Positions 41,006-52,219 of a stretch of DNA of 64,000 nt are shown in pieces. The notes beneath the pieces are model-generated. The model was given only the letters and a program-made list of their open reading frames with translations. It was not told where the DNA came from and did no database searches. Source of the stretch: Mobula hypostoma (lineage: Eukaryota). Every line of letters begins with the position of its first letter. Position 1 is the stretch's first letter. The translations under genes were made by a program, and so were the position numbers. The stretch is taken from contig NC_086108.1 of the NCBI RefSeq assembly GCF_963921235.1, positions 23,250,001 through 23,314,000 on the forward strand. Reading direction: 5' to 3'.

Positions 41006-41862
41006 AGTCATGCTACACTCTCAGATGATCTCAACGCCTTTTATGCTCACTTTGAAAGGGAGAATAAAACTACTGCTAGGAGGATCCCTGGAGAATCTGG
41101 TGACCCTGTGATCTCTGTTTTGGTGGCCGACGTCAGGCTGTCCTTCAAAAGGGAGGACCCCTTGCAAGGTGGCAGGCCATGATGGAGTACCTGGTAAGGC
41201 TCTGAAAATTTGTGTCCACCAACTGGCGGGCATGTTTAAAGACATTTTCAATCTCTCACAGCTACAGTCGGAAATTCTCATCTGCTTCAAAAGGGCAACA
41301 ATTACATCAGTGCCCAAGAAAAGTAGTGTAAGCTGCCTTAATGACTATTGTCCAGTAGCGCTCACATCTACGGTGATGAAGTGCTTTGAAAGGTTGGTCA
41401 TGGCCAGAATCAACTCTTGCCTCAGTAAGGACCTGGGCCTGCTGCAATTTTCGTATTGCCAGAATAGGTCTATGGTGGACACGAACTCATTGGCTGGGCA
41501 TGCTGTCTTGGATGACTTGGCCAATATAAATAATGATGTCAGGGCGCTGCTTATTGGTTATAGCTCGGCATTTAACACTTGACCTTACAGTCTTAATCAA
41601 AAAGTTACAGAATCTGGACCTTGGTACCTCTGTCTGCAACTGGATCCTCGACTTCCTAACTGGAAGACCACAATCTGTGCGGATTCGGAATAACATCTCC
41701 ACCTCGCTGACAATCAACACTGCTGCACCTCGGGGATGTGTACTTAGCTCACTGCTCTACTCTCTCCACACCGGCTCAAGTACCATCTATAAGTTTGCTG
41801 ATGATACAACCATTGCTGGCAGAATCTTAGATGGTGACGAGAGGGTGTACAGGAGCGGGATC
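41006..41862 (+). mobile_element. Older Rex1 host element; other pieces at 39394-39435 and 46130-46275
   Basis: ORFs 41169-41582 and 41533-41865 (KFADDTT). The frame ERVYRS.. continues at 46130 (YQLAEC...FNISKTKQLIVDFR). Confidence 0.82.
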
Positions 41863-42012
41863 TGAGTCTGAATCAGAATCAGGCTTAATATATCCGGTAT
41901 AGGTCGTGAAATTTAACTTTATGGCAGGAGTACAATGAAATACATGATAAATAAATATAGAGAAAAAAAATCCGTATTACAGTAAGTAAATAAGTCTATA
42001 CTTATATAAATA

Positions 42013-43460
42013 CAGGTGTCCCCCGCTTTCCGAACGTTTGCTTTACGAAACCTCACTGTTATGAAAGACCTACATTAGTACCCTGTTTTCGCTAACAGAA
42101 GATGTTTACACTGTTATGAAAAAAAAGCGCGCGATAAAAAATCAACGCGTGAAAAAATCAGCGCGCGATAAAAGGCAGTGCGCGCCCTGAGCAGCTGCTC
42201 TCCCCCGGATTCAGAACAGCATTGCTTTAACACGTGCCCGTGAGCAGCTGTTAGCAAGGTGAGTTCTGAGGTGTCGGAAAAGCCTGAAAGAGCTCGTAAG
42301 GGTGTTACACTTAGCGTAAAACTAGACATAATTAAGCATTTTGATCGTGGTGAACGAAGTAAGGACAACGTGAGTTTGGCTTGTGGAAGCTGATGAAGAA
42401 GATGATGTTGAAGAGGTTTTGGCATCCCATGACCAAGAACTGATTGATGAAGAGCTGATGCAATTTGAAGAGGAAAGGATAACAATCGAAACCGAATGCA
42501 GTAGCGAAATGAACGTGAAGCAACTGCGTGAGATTTTCGCTGCAATGATAAAGTTCGACTTTAATTTTGAAAGGATACGTGGGTTTAGGGGATATTTGCA
42601 GGATGGTTTGAATGCTTACAAAGAACTGTATGATAGAAAAATGCGCGAGGCTCAGCAGTCAAGCAAGCCTTCCACATCAGCCACAGCAGACGACGTTCCT
42701 CGACCTTCGACATTGAGGCAGGCAGTCATAGGAGAAGATGAGCTGCCTGCCCTAATGGAAACAGATGATGACGAGATGACACCCCAGTGTCCCACCACCC
42801 CAACCCCCGGGCCCCAGACAGATACCGATTTGCGGAGAATGCAGCGGTAGCCAGGAGGCACACAGCACATCTTTAAGAAAAAAGCCAAAATAAACATGCT
42901 AATTAATTAGGTGCCGACCAACACATAAATGTCGGCCCAGATCAGAGGCGATGCAATCAGCAATCGGCACTGATCTGGGCCGACAATTACGTGTCGGGTG
43001 GCACCTAATTAATTAGCATGTTTATTTCGGCTTTTCTCTTAAAGATGTGCTGTGTGCCTCCCGGCTACTGCTGCATGCTTCGCGGCAATGTATTGGTCGG
43101 TGGCCTGGAGGGTGGGGGCCACTGCACCACCCCAGCCTGTGACGACTCAGTCTAACACACCATCATCAGTGTGCTCTGCGCTGTCTTCCCAATTCCAGTA
43201 AGTGATACTACACTGTACATACATTATTTCTACTTTATGTAGGCTGTGTATTTATAATATCATTCCTGCCTTTACTATATGTTACTGTTATTTTAGACTT
43301 TATGTGTTATTTGGCATGATTTGGTAGGTTATTTTTGGGTCTGCGAACGCTCACAAAATTTTCCCTTATAAATAGATGGTAATTGCTTCTTCGCTTTACG
43401 ACATTCCGGCTTACGAACCGTTTCATAGGAACGCTGTACCTTCGGATGGCGGGAAACCTG
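42013..43460 (+). mobile_element. Tigger/pogo internal-deletion derivative
   Basis: TA|CAGGTGTCCCCCGCTTTCCGAA ... TTCGGATGGCGGGAAACCTG|TA. N-terminal remnant RARKGVTLSVKLDIIKHFDRGE is joined directly to a Tigger-like C-terminus (ORF 42383-42850); no DDE core. Confidence 0.88.
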
Positions 43461-43952
43461 TAGTTAAGTTAAAATAAGTAGAGCAAAAATAAAAAAAAGT
43501 AGTGAGATAGTGTCCATGGGTTCAATGTCCATTTAGAAATTGGATGCCAGAGGGGAAGAAGCTATTACTGAATTGCTGTGTGTGACTTCAGGCTTCTGTA
43601 CCTCCTTCCCGATGGTAACAGTGAGAAGAGGGCATGTCCTGGGTAGTGAGGGTCCTTAGTTATGGATGTCGCCTTTACTAGGGCACTGGTCCTTGAAGAT
43701 ATATTGGATACGATGGAGGCTAGTACCTATGATGGAACTGACTAATCTTACAAGTTTCTTCAACTTACGTACTTCGATCTTGTGCACTAGCCACCCCCCC
43801 ACCCCATACCAGATGGTGATGCAGCCAGTCAGAATGCTCTCTCCATGCTACATTCGTAGCAGTTTTCGAGCGTTTTAGTTGATAAACCAAATCTCAAACT
43901 CCCAATGAAATGTAGCCGCTGTCTTGCCTTCTTTATAGCTGCATCAATAGCT

Positions 43953-45997
43953 TAGAACCATAGAACCATAGAACATTACAGCACAGAAACAGGCCTTTTG
44001 GTCCTTCTTGGCTGTGCCGATCCATTTTCTGCCTAGTCCCACTGACCTGCACCTGCACCTGCACCATATCCTTCCATACACCTCTCATCCATGTACCTGT
44101 CCAAGTTTTTCTTAAATGTTAAAAGCAAGCCCATGTTTACCACTTCATCTGGCAGCTCATTCCACACTCCCACCACTCCCTGTGTGAAGAAGTCCCTGCT
44201 AATGTTCCCTTTAAACTTTTCCCCCTTCACCCTTAACCCATGTCCTCTGTTTTTGTTTCTCCCCTAGCCTCAGTGGAAAAAGCCAGCTTGCATTCACTCT
44301 ATCTATACCCATCATAATTTTATATACCTCTATCAAATCTCCCCTCATTCTTCTAAGCTCCACGGAATAAAGTCCTAACCTATTCAATCTTTCTCTGTAA
44401 CTGAGTTTCTCAAGTCCTGGCAACATCCTTGTAAACCTTCTCTGCACTCTTTCAACCTTATTAATATCCTTCCTGTAATTTGGTGACCAAAACTGCACAC
44501 AATACTCCAAATTCGGCCTCACGAATGCCTTATAGAACCTCACCATAACATTCCAACTCTTATACTGAATACTTTGATTTATAAAGGGCAATGTACCAAA
44601 GCTCTCTTTAAGACCCTATCTACCTGTGATGCCACTTTTAGGGAATTTTGTATCTGTATTCTCAGCTCCCTCTGTTCTACTGCGCTCCTTAATGCCCTAC
44701 CATTTACCTTGTTTGTTCTACCTTGGATTGTCCTTCCAATGTGCAATACCTCACACTTGTCCGTATTAAACTCCATTTGCCATTTTTCAGCCCATTTTTC
44801 CAGCTGGTCCAAATCCCTCTACAAGCTTTCAAAACCTTCCTCACTATCCACTACATCTCCAATCTTTGTATCATCAGCAAATTTGCTGATCCAGTTTACC
44901 ACATTATCATCCAGATCATTGATAGAGATGACAAATAACAATGGACCCAGCACTGGTCCCTGTGGCACACCAGTAGTCACAGGCCTCCACTCAGAGAAGC
45001 AATCCTCCACTACCGCTCTCTGGCTTCTTCCATTGAGCCAAAGTCTAATCCAATTTACTACCTCTCCCTGTATACCTAGCAACTGAATCTTCCTAACTGA
45101 CCTCCCAAGCGGGACCTTGTCAAAAGGCCTTACTGAAGTCCATGTAGACAACATTCACTGCCTTCCCTTCATCCACTTTCCTGGTAACCTCCTGCAAAAA
45201 CTCTAATAGATTTGTTAAATATGACCTACCACACACAAAGCCACGTTGACTCTCCCTAATGAGTCCCTGTCTATCCAAATACTTGTAGATCCTATCTCTC
45301 AGTACTCCTTCTAATAATTTACCTACTCCGACGTCAAACTTATCGGCCTATAATTTCCTGGATTACTTTTAGAGCTTTTTAAAATAACGGAACAACATGA
45401 GCTATCCTCCAATCCTCCGGCACCTCACCCGTAGATACTGACATTTAAAATATATCTGCCAGGGCCCCTGCAATTTCAACACCAGTCTCTTTCAAGGTCC
45501 AAGGGAATACCCTGTCAGGTCCTGGAGATTTATCTACTCTGATTTGCCTCAAGATAGCAAGCACCTCCTCCTCCTCAATAGGTTCCATGACCTCTCTACT
45601 TGCTTGCCTTATTTCCATTGACTCTATGCCAGTTTCCTTAGTAAATACAGACGCAAAAAACCCACTTAAGATCTCCCCCATTTCTTTTGGTTCCATACAT
45701 AGCCGACCACTCTGATCTTCAAGAGGACCAATTTTATCCCTTACTATCCTTTTGCTCTTAATAAACCTGTAGAAGTTCTTTGGATTATCCTTCAACTTGT
45801 CTGCCAAAGCAACCTCATGTCTTCTTTTAGTCCTCCTGATTTCTTTCTTAAGTATTTTTTTTGCACCTTTTATACTCCTCAAGCACCTTATTTGCTCCCT
45901 GTTTCCCATACATGTCATACATCTCTCTCTTCTTCTTTATCAGAGTTCCAATATCCCTTGAGAACCAATGTTCCTTATTCTTATTCACTTTGCCCTT
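43953..45997 (-). mobile_element. CR1 LINE, same subfamily as 34612-37352
   Basis: Frameshifted ORFs 45445-45918, 44819-45154, 44579-44812 and 44211-44591. (AGAACCAT)n tail. Confidence 0.94.
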
Positions 45998-46750
45998 AAT
46001 CACTTTAATCACTATATTCACTTTGCCTGGCAGATATATTTAAAATCTTGCATCCAGGTTAGGTCCTCAGTGATAATGGCACCCAGGAACTTGAAATTTC
46101 TGACTCCTTCCACTTCTGATCCCTCTATGGTATACCAGTTAGCTGAATGCTGTTGCTGCAGCAACCTTGCATTCAACATCAGTAAGACTAAACAGCTGAT
46201 TGTGGACTTCAGAATGGGTAAGACAAGGGAACACATACACCAATCCTTATACAAAGATCAGAAGTGGAGAGATTAAATCTGATCAAGTAATAAAACTGAA
46301 GCAACTGTATTTCATTTTTACCATTCTTCCTTTTGTAAATTGGAATTTCAGGTCAAGTTGAACAAGTTTATTGTTGTCACAGCGATGCATACGTAGTGTA
46401 TACTACACATGCCATGAAGATTTACATTTGCTTCAGCAGCACAATACATTACAAGAATATAATAAACATAGGTTAACATAAATGTAAATTAACACATTTC
46501 CAGATAAGAATATATCTCTATGTTGGCCATTGTCATAGAGTTAAATGGTATGGAAGCAGACCTTTCAGGCTGACCAAAATGCTCCCTCCAAGTGAGTCCT
46601 ATTTGCTAGCATTTGGTTGATAACTTCAAAACCTTTCCAATCCATGTCCCTTTACAACAGTCTTTTAAAAGTTGTTCTGGTATGTGCCTCAACCATTTCC
46701 TCTAGCAGCTCATTTCACATAGCTACAACCCTTTCTGTAATGTATGTTCT

Positions 46751-47057
46751 GTTGGCACGTGGCCAAGTGGTTAAGGCATTGGTCTACTGATCTGAAGGTC
46801 GCTAGTTCGAGCCTCAGCTGAGGCAGAACTTCTACAGGTATATTAAACGCTTAACCACACATTGCTCTGTGACGACACCGGTGCCAAGCTGTATTGGCCC
46901 TAGTGCCCTTACCTTGAACAACATCGGTGGCGTGGAGAGGGGAAACTTGCAGCATGGGCAACTGCCGGTTTTCCATACAACCTTGCCCAGGCCTGTGCCC
47001 TGGAAACTTTCTAAAGCACAAATCCATGGTCTCATGAGTCTAATGGATGCCTATAAA
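46751..47057 (+). mobile_element. tRNA-derived SINE inserted in a minus-strand CR1 remnant (pieces about 46530-47300 and 48500-48630)
   Basis: A box TGGCCAAGTGG and B box AGTTCGAGCC, then about 230 bp of unrelated body. Flanks tgtatgtt and tatatgtt. Confidence 0.8.
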
Positions 47058-47308
47058 TATATGTTACCCCTCAACGTTCCTAGTAAATCTCTCCCTTCTC
47101 ACCTTAAAGCTATGACCTCTAGTTCTTGATTTTCCAACCCCGAGGAAAACAGACTGCATTCACTCTATCGATGTCACTCATGATTTTCCACACCTCTCAA
47201 TCTCCTGCACTCAAGGGAACAAAGCCCTAGTCTGTCCAACCTTTCCTTATAACTCAAGTCATCATCATTGTAAATGTTTTCTGCACTATTTCCAGTTTAA
47301 TAATCCAA

Positions 47309-48495
47309 TCACAAACAAGAGAAAATCTGCAGTTGCTGGAAAGCAAATCAACACACACAAGATGCTGGAGGAACTCGGCAGGCCAGGCAGCATCTATGGA
47401 AAAAGTACAGTTGACATTTTGGGCTGAAACCCTTTGAGAAGACTGGAGAAAGAAAGCTGAGTAGTAGAATCAAAAGGTGGGGGAGGGGAGAGGGAAACAC
47501 CAGGTGACAGGTGAAACCTGGAAGGGGAAGGATAAAGTAAAGAGCTGGGAAGTTGATTGGTGAAAGAGACAGAAGGCCATGGAAGAAAGTGGGGAGGGGC
47601 ACCAGAGGGAGGTGATAGGTGGGCAAGGAGATAAGGTGAGAGAGAAAAAAGGGGAACAGTGAAGGGGGGGAGTCATTACTGGAAGTTCGAGAAATCAATG
47701 TTCATGCCATCAGGCTGGAGGCTACGTAGATAGAATATAAGGTGTTGTTCCTCCAACCTACATGTGGCCTCATTATGATTGTGGAGGAGGCCATGGATAG
47801 ACATATCAGAATGGGAATGAGAAGTGGAATTAAAATGGGTGGCCACTGGGAGATCCCGCTTTTTCTGGCGGTTGGTGCTCAGGTGCTCGGTGAAATGGCC
47901 TCCCAATCTACCTCAGGTCACACTGATATACAAGAAGCCACACCGGGAGCACCGGACACAGTAACTGACCCCAACAGACTCATGGGTAAAGTGTCACCAG
48001 AATCTCCCAGTGGCCATCCATTTTAATTGCACTTCCCATTCCCATTCTGATATGTCTATCCATGGCCTTCTCCACTGTCGTGATGAAGTCACGCTCAGGT
48101 TCAAGGAAGAAGAAGAAGAAAAGCCCTTAACTCGGCAGACGAGTTATTGGGGCACCGTCATGACAGTGTTTCCGTAGCAAGCTATTCTTGTTTTTATGAG
48201 GCCGAGTTGCTAGCTCCACGCTCAACCCGACTTGGATTCAAACTCGGGAATCTTCGCTCCGGAGTCCGGCACCGATATTATTGCGCCACCAAGCGGGAGG
48301 TTGAAGGAACAACACCTTATATTCCACCTGGGTAGCCTTTAACCTAGACTTCAGGTAATGCCCCCCCCCTTCCCCATTTTCCATCCCCTTTCCCTCTCTC
48401 ACCTTATGTCCTTGCCCACCCATTGCCTCCCTCTGGTGCTCCTTCCCCCTTTTCTTTCTTCTATGGCCTTCTGTTTCCTTCACCAATCAGCAGTT
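47309..48495. mobile_element. Decayed PLE with inverted structure (minus 47309-47998, plus 48000-48495)
   Basis: ORF 47676-47906 (DLPVATHFNSTSHSHSDMSIHGL...LQPDGMNIDFSNF) matches the C-terminus of the 52155 ORF, and the same segment recurs on the + strand. Confidence 0.88.
48109..48297 (-). mobile_element. Short tRNA-derived SINE with (TTC)n tail
   Basis: Minus strand has A box GGTGGCGCAAT and B box GAGTTTGAATCC. 12-bp TSD AGGTT(C/G)AAGGAA (48097-48108 and 48298-48309). Confidence 0.85.
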
Positions 48496-48639
48496 TGTGC
48501 TTAATGCATATTTTCTAAAGCACAGGGATCAAAACTGAACACAATACTCCAAGTGTAGCCTCACCAGAGTACTGTGCCACCACACCGTGATCTCCCAGCT
48601 TTTATACTCCATGCCCTGACTTATGAAGATCATTATCGT

Positions 48640-48900
48640 TGTGGGTAGTGTAATGCCAGCCAGTATCTAGAAGAAGTTTGTGCATTCTCCCCATGACCAT
48701 GTGGGTTTCCTCTGGGTACACGGGTTTCCTCCCACATTCCAAGGATGTATGGATTGCAGTCAGTATGTTATGTACTGTACATACTATTCCGGTGCTGGAA
48801 GCATGGCAATACAGCACATCCTTGGACTGTGTTGGTCGTTGATGTAAATGATGCATTACATTGTACGTTTTACTGTTTTGAAGTGAGTGTGACGAATAAT
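48640..48900 (+). mobile_element. V-SINE/HE1-like SINE fragment
   Basis: gtttgtgcattctcccc...gtgggtttcctctgggtacacgggtttcctcccacattccaa, a V-domain-like motif. Confidence 0.65.
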
Positions 48901-49029
48901 TTTTAAAGATCTGTTTAAAAAAAACTTTAAATCACTCTGTCCTCTGTCTACCTTTGAGTCCATGTTCAGTGATTCTGTAATTGTTGAATCTTCCAGTCTG
49001 GCCTAATACTATTTGTATTTTGATTTCAG

Positions 49030-49323
49030 GTGGGGTTGTTCTGAGTCCAACCTACTATGGAAGACCTGGTCACACCAACACTATGATTCATGAGCTTGGC
49101 CATATTCTTGGCTTGTATCACGTTTTCAAAGGAGTGAGTGAGAAAGAGTCATGTGATGACCCTTGTAGGGAGACTGTCCCATCGATGGAAACTGGAGACC
49201 TGTGTGAAGACACTGCACCAACTCTTAAGAGCAAAGTCTGTCGCGATCCAGATCCAGTGAATGATACATGTGGTGAAGTGCAATATTTTGACACACCTTT
49301 CACTAATTACATGAGCTACACAG
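49030..49323 (+). CDS. PAPPA2: Pappalysin-2 internal coding exon (294 bp) with the catalytic zinc site
   Basis: ttttgatttcAG acceptor and GTaagt donor. Translates [63 protein letters not shown]...[10 protein letters not shown], with HExxHxxGxxH at 49089-49121 and the NYMSY Met-turn. Confidence 0.95.
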
Positions 49324-49349
49324 GTAAGTCCTCAGATCTGCCAGGATCC

Positions 49350-50300
49350 CTGAATATAAAAGTTGGGAGGTTGTGCTGCAACTATACAAAACACTGGTTA
49401 GTCTGCACTTGATACTGTGTGTGGTTCTGGTCACCAGTCTACGAGAAGGATGTGGTTACACTTGAGGAAATTCATCAGAATGTTTCCTGGACTTTGCTTA
49501 TGGCAAGAGCCTTTGTGGGATAGATTTCTGTTCCATGGACTATGGGAGGCTGAGATGTGACATGATAGAAGCATATAAGATTATGAGCGGCATAAAAAAG
49601 GGAGATAGTAGCCTTTTTCCAAAGGTGGAAGTATATCAAACAAGAAGGCATAGATTTAAGATGAGAGGAAAGAATTTTAAAGGGGGTCTAAGGTGTAAGA
49701 ATTTTAGGAATCAGATGTAATTACTCCATTTAAGAGGCATTTAGGTATGCACAAATAAACACCCACCAAAAGGACCACAACCTTGTCGTTGGGTTTGGAG
49801 CTTGCTTGCCTCAATGATCCAGAGCGCTACAGTGATCAGGGCTTTATGCTTTGGCTCTTGGTAGAGTCACCCATGCCAAACAGGTCAAAGGATAGAGGCC
49901 AGACGATGATTGGTCCACCGGTCCTCCAGGTTTGGGGGTTCAGCTCAGGCCTAACAATCCGATTGGTCAAAGAAATTTGTTATGGAAACAATAATGAAGA
50001 ATCCTTCTGCATCTGAGTGTGAAGGTGTTCCTGAGTCTCCACCCGGGACTTGCATGACTGACAGTAGTGAAAACCGAGGGGAAGCTACTGACATGATGAA
50101 GAAAGCCCTGAACACTGCCAGACATTGAGCACTTTCATTGCTGCCCTAAACACCAGTGGCATAATGGGCAGTAAGTAAGGAAGTCAAATAAACACGGCGT
50201 ACAGGGATATGGTCCAAATGTGTGCATACTGGATGAGTAGGCAAAAATGGTCAGGATTAATATGGGCTGAAGGACCCATTTCTGTGTGCTGTGATTTAAA
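49350..50300 (+). mobile_element. Decayed CR1 3' fragment interrupted by an RTE derivative
   Basis: ORF 49535-49720 (RLRCDMIEAYKIM...TRRHRFKMRG); 3' UTR gggctgaaggacccatttctgtgtgctgtg. Confidence 0.75.
49763..50184 (+). mobile_element. Non-autonomous RTE-type element (5' UTR-like head joined to 3' tail)
   Basis: Perfect 11-bp TSD CAAATAAACAC (49752-49762 and 50185-50195) and a (TAAG)n tail. The head resembles RTE/Expander 5' UTRs as recalled. Confidence 0.72.
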
Positions 50301-50407
50301 TAATACAGCTAAGTCAGCAAACAGATCAACAGTGCTGTGGATGATATCATCATCTCTTGTCTCTGCAGCAGTATATAGCCCAACAATGTACATAATCTAA
50401 AAAAGAT

Positions 50408-50942
50408 AAGGCAAGGCAAGGCAAGTTTATTTTTATAACACTTTTCAAACATAAGGCAGTGCAAAGTGCTTTACATAAAACAAGATATAAAAATCAAACA
50501 TCAAATTTCAAACAATACAAAGAGAATAAAATTACACATAAAAATAAAGAAATAAAAGTTACAGTGCAGGAGATTCTAATTAAAAGCTGCAGCGAAAAGA
50601 AAAGTTTTAACCCTTGATTTAAAAGAGCATAAAGTTGGAGCAGACTTCAGGTCCTGTGGAAGGTTATTCCAGATATGTGGAGCATAGTAACTAAAAGCTG
50701 CTTCACCGTGTTTAGTTTTGACCCCGGGGACGGTGAGCAGACTTGCCTCAGACAATCTGAGAGCTCAGGAAGGTTTGTAATGCAGCAAGGGATCAGATAT
50801 GTATTTTGGCCCTAGACCATTCGGTGCTTTTTATACCAGCAGTAGTCTTTTAAAGTCAATCCTCTGATGGCCAGGAAACCAGTGGTGTGATCTGAGAAAT
50901 GGAGTGATATGTTCTACTTTCTTGGTCTTAGTGAGGTCTCTA
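50408..50942 (-). mobile_element. L2 LINE 3' fragment
   Basis: Minus-strand translation LTKTKKVEHITPFLRSHHW...RIDFK...KTKHGEAAFSYYAPHIWNNLP...FKSRVKTFLF (2 stops). (AAGGC)n tail next to caaagtgctttac. Confidence 0.9.
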
Positions 50943-52219
50943 AAAGACCAATTCCATCACTGGGGTTAAGAGCAGAGTGTATAAACTACCTCCTCCATTT
51001 TCAGGTGGCATGAGAGCCTTTTCAGGAGAAGAGGAACAGAAATCAGATGATGTTACAATTAAAAGTAAAACTACAGCTACAGGAAATCTGAAATAAATGC
51101 AGAATACACTGGAAACGCTTAGCAGGTCAGGCAGCTTCTAAAGGAGTTATATCACACAAGAGTAGGCTACTAGATCCATTGTTCTTTATGGAGCTGTTCA
51201 GTTGATCCTATTAATCTTTCCTTGTGCTTTTACTTCAGTAATTATCCATTTTGCTTTTGAATGTTACCATTGAAATTGCTTCTAGCATTCTTTCTGGCAG
51301 TGTAATGCAGGTCACAACTTGCTATGTAAAGACAAGATAATACTTGTTTGGTTCCTGGCTCTTCTTCCATTCACCTTACACTTATACGATCTACTCTACC
51401 AAAACCAACCACAACTTCCTCCAAATCTCCACTAAACCTAAAATCAAAGAATAGATTTTTAGATAATAAGAGAATCAAGTGACCTGGGGTTAGCATAGGA
51501 ATGTGTCACTCAAGTGGCAGAGCATTGAGGGGGTGCTGAATGGTCTAATTGCTTTTATTTCTGGTGTATCTTGCAACTATACCAATATTATACAACCACT
51601 TATGTTATATTAATGCTATATTTTCCCATGTTTTGTGAGCTTAGGCAAGTTGATATCCCTGCTACCGTTGTTCCTGTCACTTTGCCAACAAGGCTGCGTT
51701 AAGATAATTGATTAAATGCCCTTGGAAAGTTTATAGAAACAAAATACAGTACGGTAAATTGGGTTAAGACAGTAGGTTTTGTGGGAGAGAACGAGATTTC
51801 TGGATGCCATGTTGCTTCCTGGAGGCCAGGGTCTAGGATATCTGGGATCAAGTCCTCAGCATTCTTAAGTGGGAAGGTGAACAGCCAGAAGTCGTGGTCG
51901 ATGTAGGTACCAATGACATGAGTGATGAGGTTCTGCATAGGGAGTTTAGGGAGTTAGGTGCTAAGTTAAAGGGCAGGACCTCCAGGGTTGTAATCTCAGG
52001 ATTGCTACCCATACCACAAGCTAGTGAGGCTGGACCTAGGAAGATTACACAGTTTAATATGTGGCTAAGGAGTTGGTGTAGGAGGGAGGGCATTATATTT
52101 TTGGATCATTAGCCTCTCTTCCAGGGAATTTGGGACCTATACAGACAGGATGATTTGCATCTGAACTGGAGGGGGATTAATATCCTAGTGGGGAGGTTTG
52201 TTAAAGCTGTATGGTGGGG

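Larger units (their letters stand above)
41863..46130 (-). mobile_element. Minus-strand Rex1-type 3' fragment, split by a Tigger derivative and a CR1
   Basis: (GAATCA)n tail at 41863-41885; body pieces at 43461-43950 and 46016-46130 (EGSEVEGVRNFKFLGAIITEDLTW). Confidence 0.72.

Noticed and set aside
21463..45086. Antisense ORFs such as 22191-22595, 33119-33511 and 44574-45086
   Set aside because: They are shadow frames opposite CR1 ORF2.
46751..46826. tRNA gene
   Set aside because: A and B boxes are present, but there is no clean cloverleaf or T-run terminator and it continues into a SINE body.
26831..49323. PAPPA (pappalysin-1) assignment
   Set aside because: Diagnostic residues ([45 protein letters not shown]) fit PAPPA2 better as recalled; a phylogeny would confirm.
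48981..49412. Standalone 143-aa metalloprotease gene
   Set aside because: The ORF is an internal exon plus intronic read-through; splice sites delimit 49030-49323.
52155..52219. Functional CR1-esterase/Penelope fusion protein (650-aa ORF)
   Set aside because: The first 22 codons are host CR1 ORF1 up to the TSD. The start is TTG and the upstream ORF1 remnant is broken by a stop at 52110, so the in-frame join looks coincidental.
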